This document shows, one piece after another, positions 62,690 to 64,000 of a DNA stretch of 64,000 nucleotides. Positions within the stretch are counted from its first letter, which is position 1; each line of letters opens with the position of its first letter. The translations under genes and the position numbers were made by a program. The notes under the pieces were generated by a model. It ran no database searches. It had not been told where the DNA came from and was given only the letters and a program-made list of their open reading frames with translations. Source of the stretch: Octopus vulgaris (lineage: Eukaryota); contig OX597815.1 in assembly GCA_951406725.2 (NCBI GenBank), positions 212,164,001 through 212,228,000 on the forward strand, read 5' to 3'.

Positions 62690-64000
62690 ATGGATAAATA
62701 CAATATATATATATTGCTCAAGGATGGTTGAAAGATGTTAATTAACTGAAAGATTTCAGTACAGATGATAAAAAAACAATATCATTTACAATTTAGTTGC
62801 TATGAAGTCTATAGGTAAACGAGTTCAAATTAAAGTGATCAAGAGAAAACTAGCAAAACTACTGATAATAGATACAACTGTATAAACCCCCACTAGACAA
62901 TATGACTTTTTAAACCTTTAGTATTCACATTTCTTTGTGAAATATAATGCTTATTTATTCCCATTCTTTTGAATTAATCCTGCATTGTCTTGTAGTTTAA
63001 AGATTCCAATAATGTGATTGCACATTTTCAGAATGATATTGTAGGGAAGGTCTGAGAGATTGGATTTGGTCAGTTTAAATAATAAAGGGTTAAAATATAT
63101 GAAAAGTAAATGCAGGTACAACCTAATTTTCTCTATTCATTTATCATTATCTGATCAACTTCAGTGTTTGAAATCAATTGTTTGAAATCAAACTGTACTT
63201 CATATCACTTTAGAAGAAGTTGTTTACCATCTTTATGCAACATGGGAAAGCTATCATAAAACAAGCATTTTAGGAAAGTGAAACTAAACATGAACACTAA
63301 CATAAGAATAAAAAAAAAACCTTTTGTAGTTTGGGAATCATTTACATAACTCACAAAACAATCAAGCAAACTAGTTTGAATTTACTGAGTCAAAACCAAC
63401 CAGGTAGGAAGCAATATTCAACATATATTTTGGAATAAAACTTAACTAAGTCATACTGTTAAGTGTCTAGTCAAGTATGAGTAATATAAGTTTTATGTAT
63501 CCTGAAGAGAAACATGCAACCTCCAACTGAAGAGGTGGAACTGAAGTGCTATAAAAAGACACTAGTCCATCTCTCGACTACTTAATGTAAGAAGAGCATT
63601 TCAGTTTGCTTATAGCATTGTGATACAGAAATGAAACAAGAAATAATGAAGGGGAGTTTCTAACAAAGCAGAAAGGGAAAGTTGAGTAACATCTTTAGAT
63701 TTCAAGCTCAAAAACTATTCACTATCAGAAGCAGGGCCTTTGTGCCTGGAATATATAAAGTTTACTCAATTTTACCTTTTAGTGTATATCCACTTAATAT
63801 CAAGTATCTCAAGATGACCCTCCAAGTTCCTAACTTTAACAGCCATTATAACTTTTTACAGACAGATTTAAAAAGCTAACACTGGATCAAGAACGAATTG
63901 TTTTTACAAATGAATATCCTTTGTACTACTAAACCATACAAAAGTCAAATTGAAAGTGAAACTTTCTTTCAACAAAGAATGTTGAAGAATTAATAGGTTT

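Overview
AT-rich, microsatellite- and SINE-dense eukaryotic DNA. The repeat families point to a coleoid cephalopod, probably Octopus (inference). Most of the window is one large minus-strand gene for an Lbc-subfamily Rho guanine nucleotide exchange factor (ARHGEF18/ARHGEF28/AKAP13/ARHGEF2 group). I traced 22 GT-AG exons by hand from 50113 down to the window edge at 1. All splice phases are compatible and give about 870 stop-free codons covering the pre-DH region, DH, PH, the RAETFAGFD motif and a coiled coil. The gene runs off the left edge, and its main 5' end is not identified in the window. Introns hold four or five SINE families, three non-autonomous Helitrons, TTAA-flanked piggyBac-type MITEs, CR1 and RTE LINE remnants, Penelope-like fragments, a decayed piggyBac-like transposase and several fold-back repeats. 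Almost all entries in the ORF track are spurious. I found no convincing new multi-gene system. The best leads are an in-frame candidate alternative first exon with a coding trinucleotide repeat, candidate poison or terminal exons, a double-hairpin minisatellite inside a SINE, a 134-bp loopless palindrome and hammerhead-like motifs.
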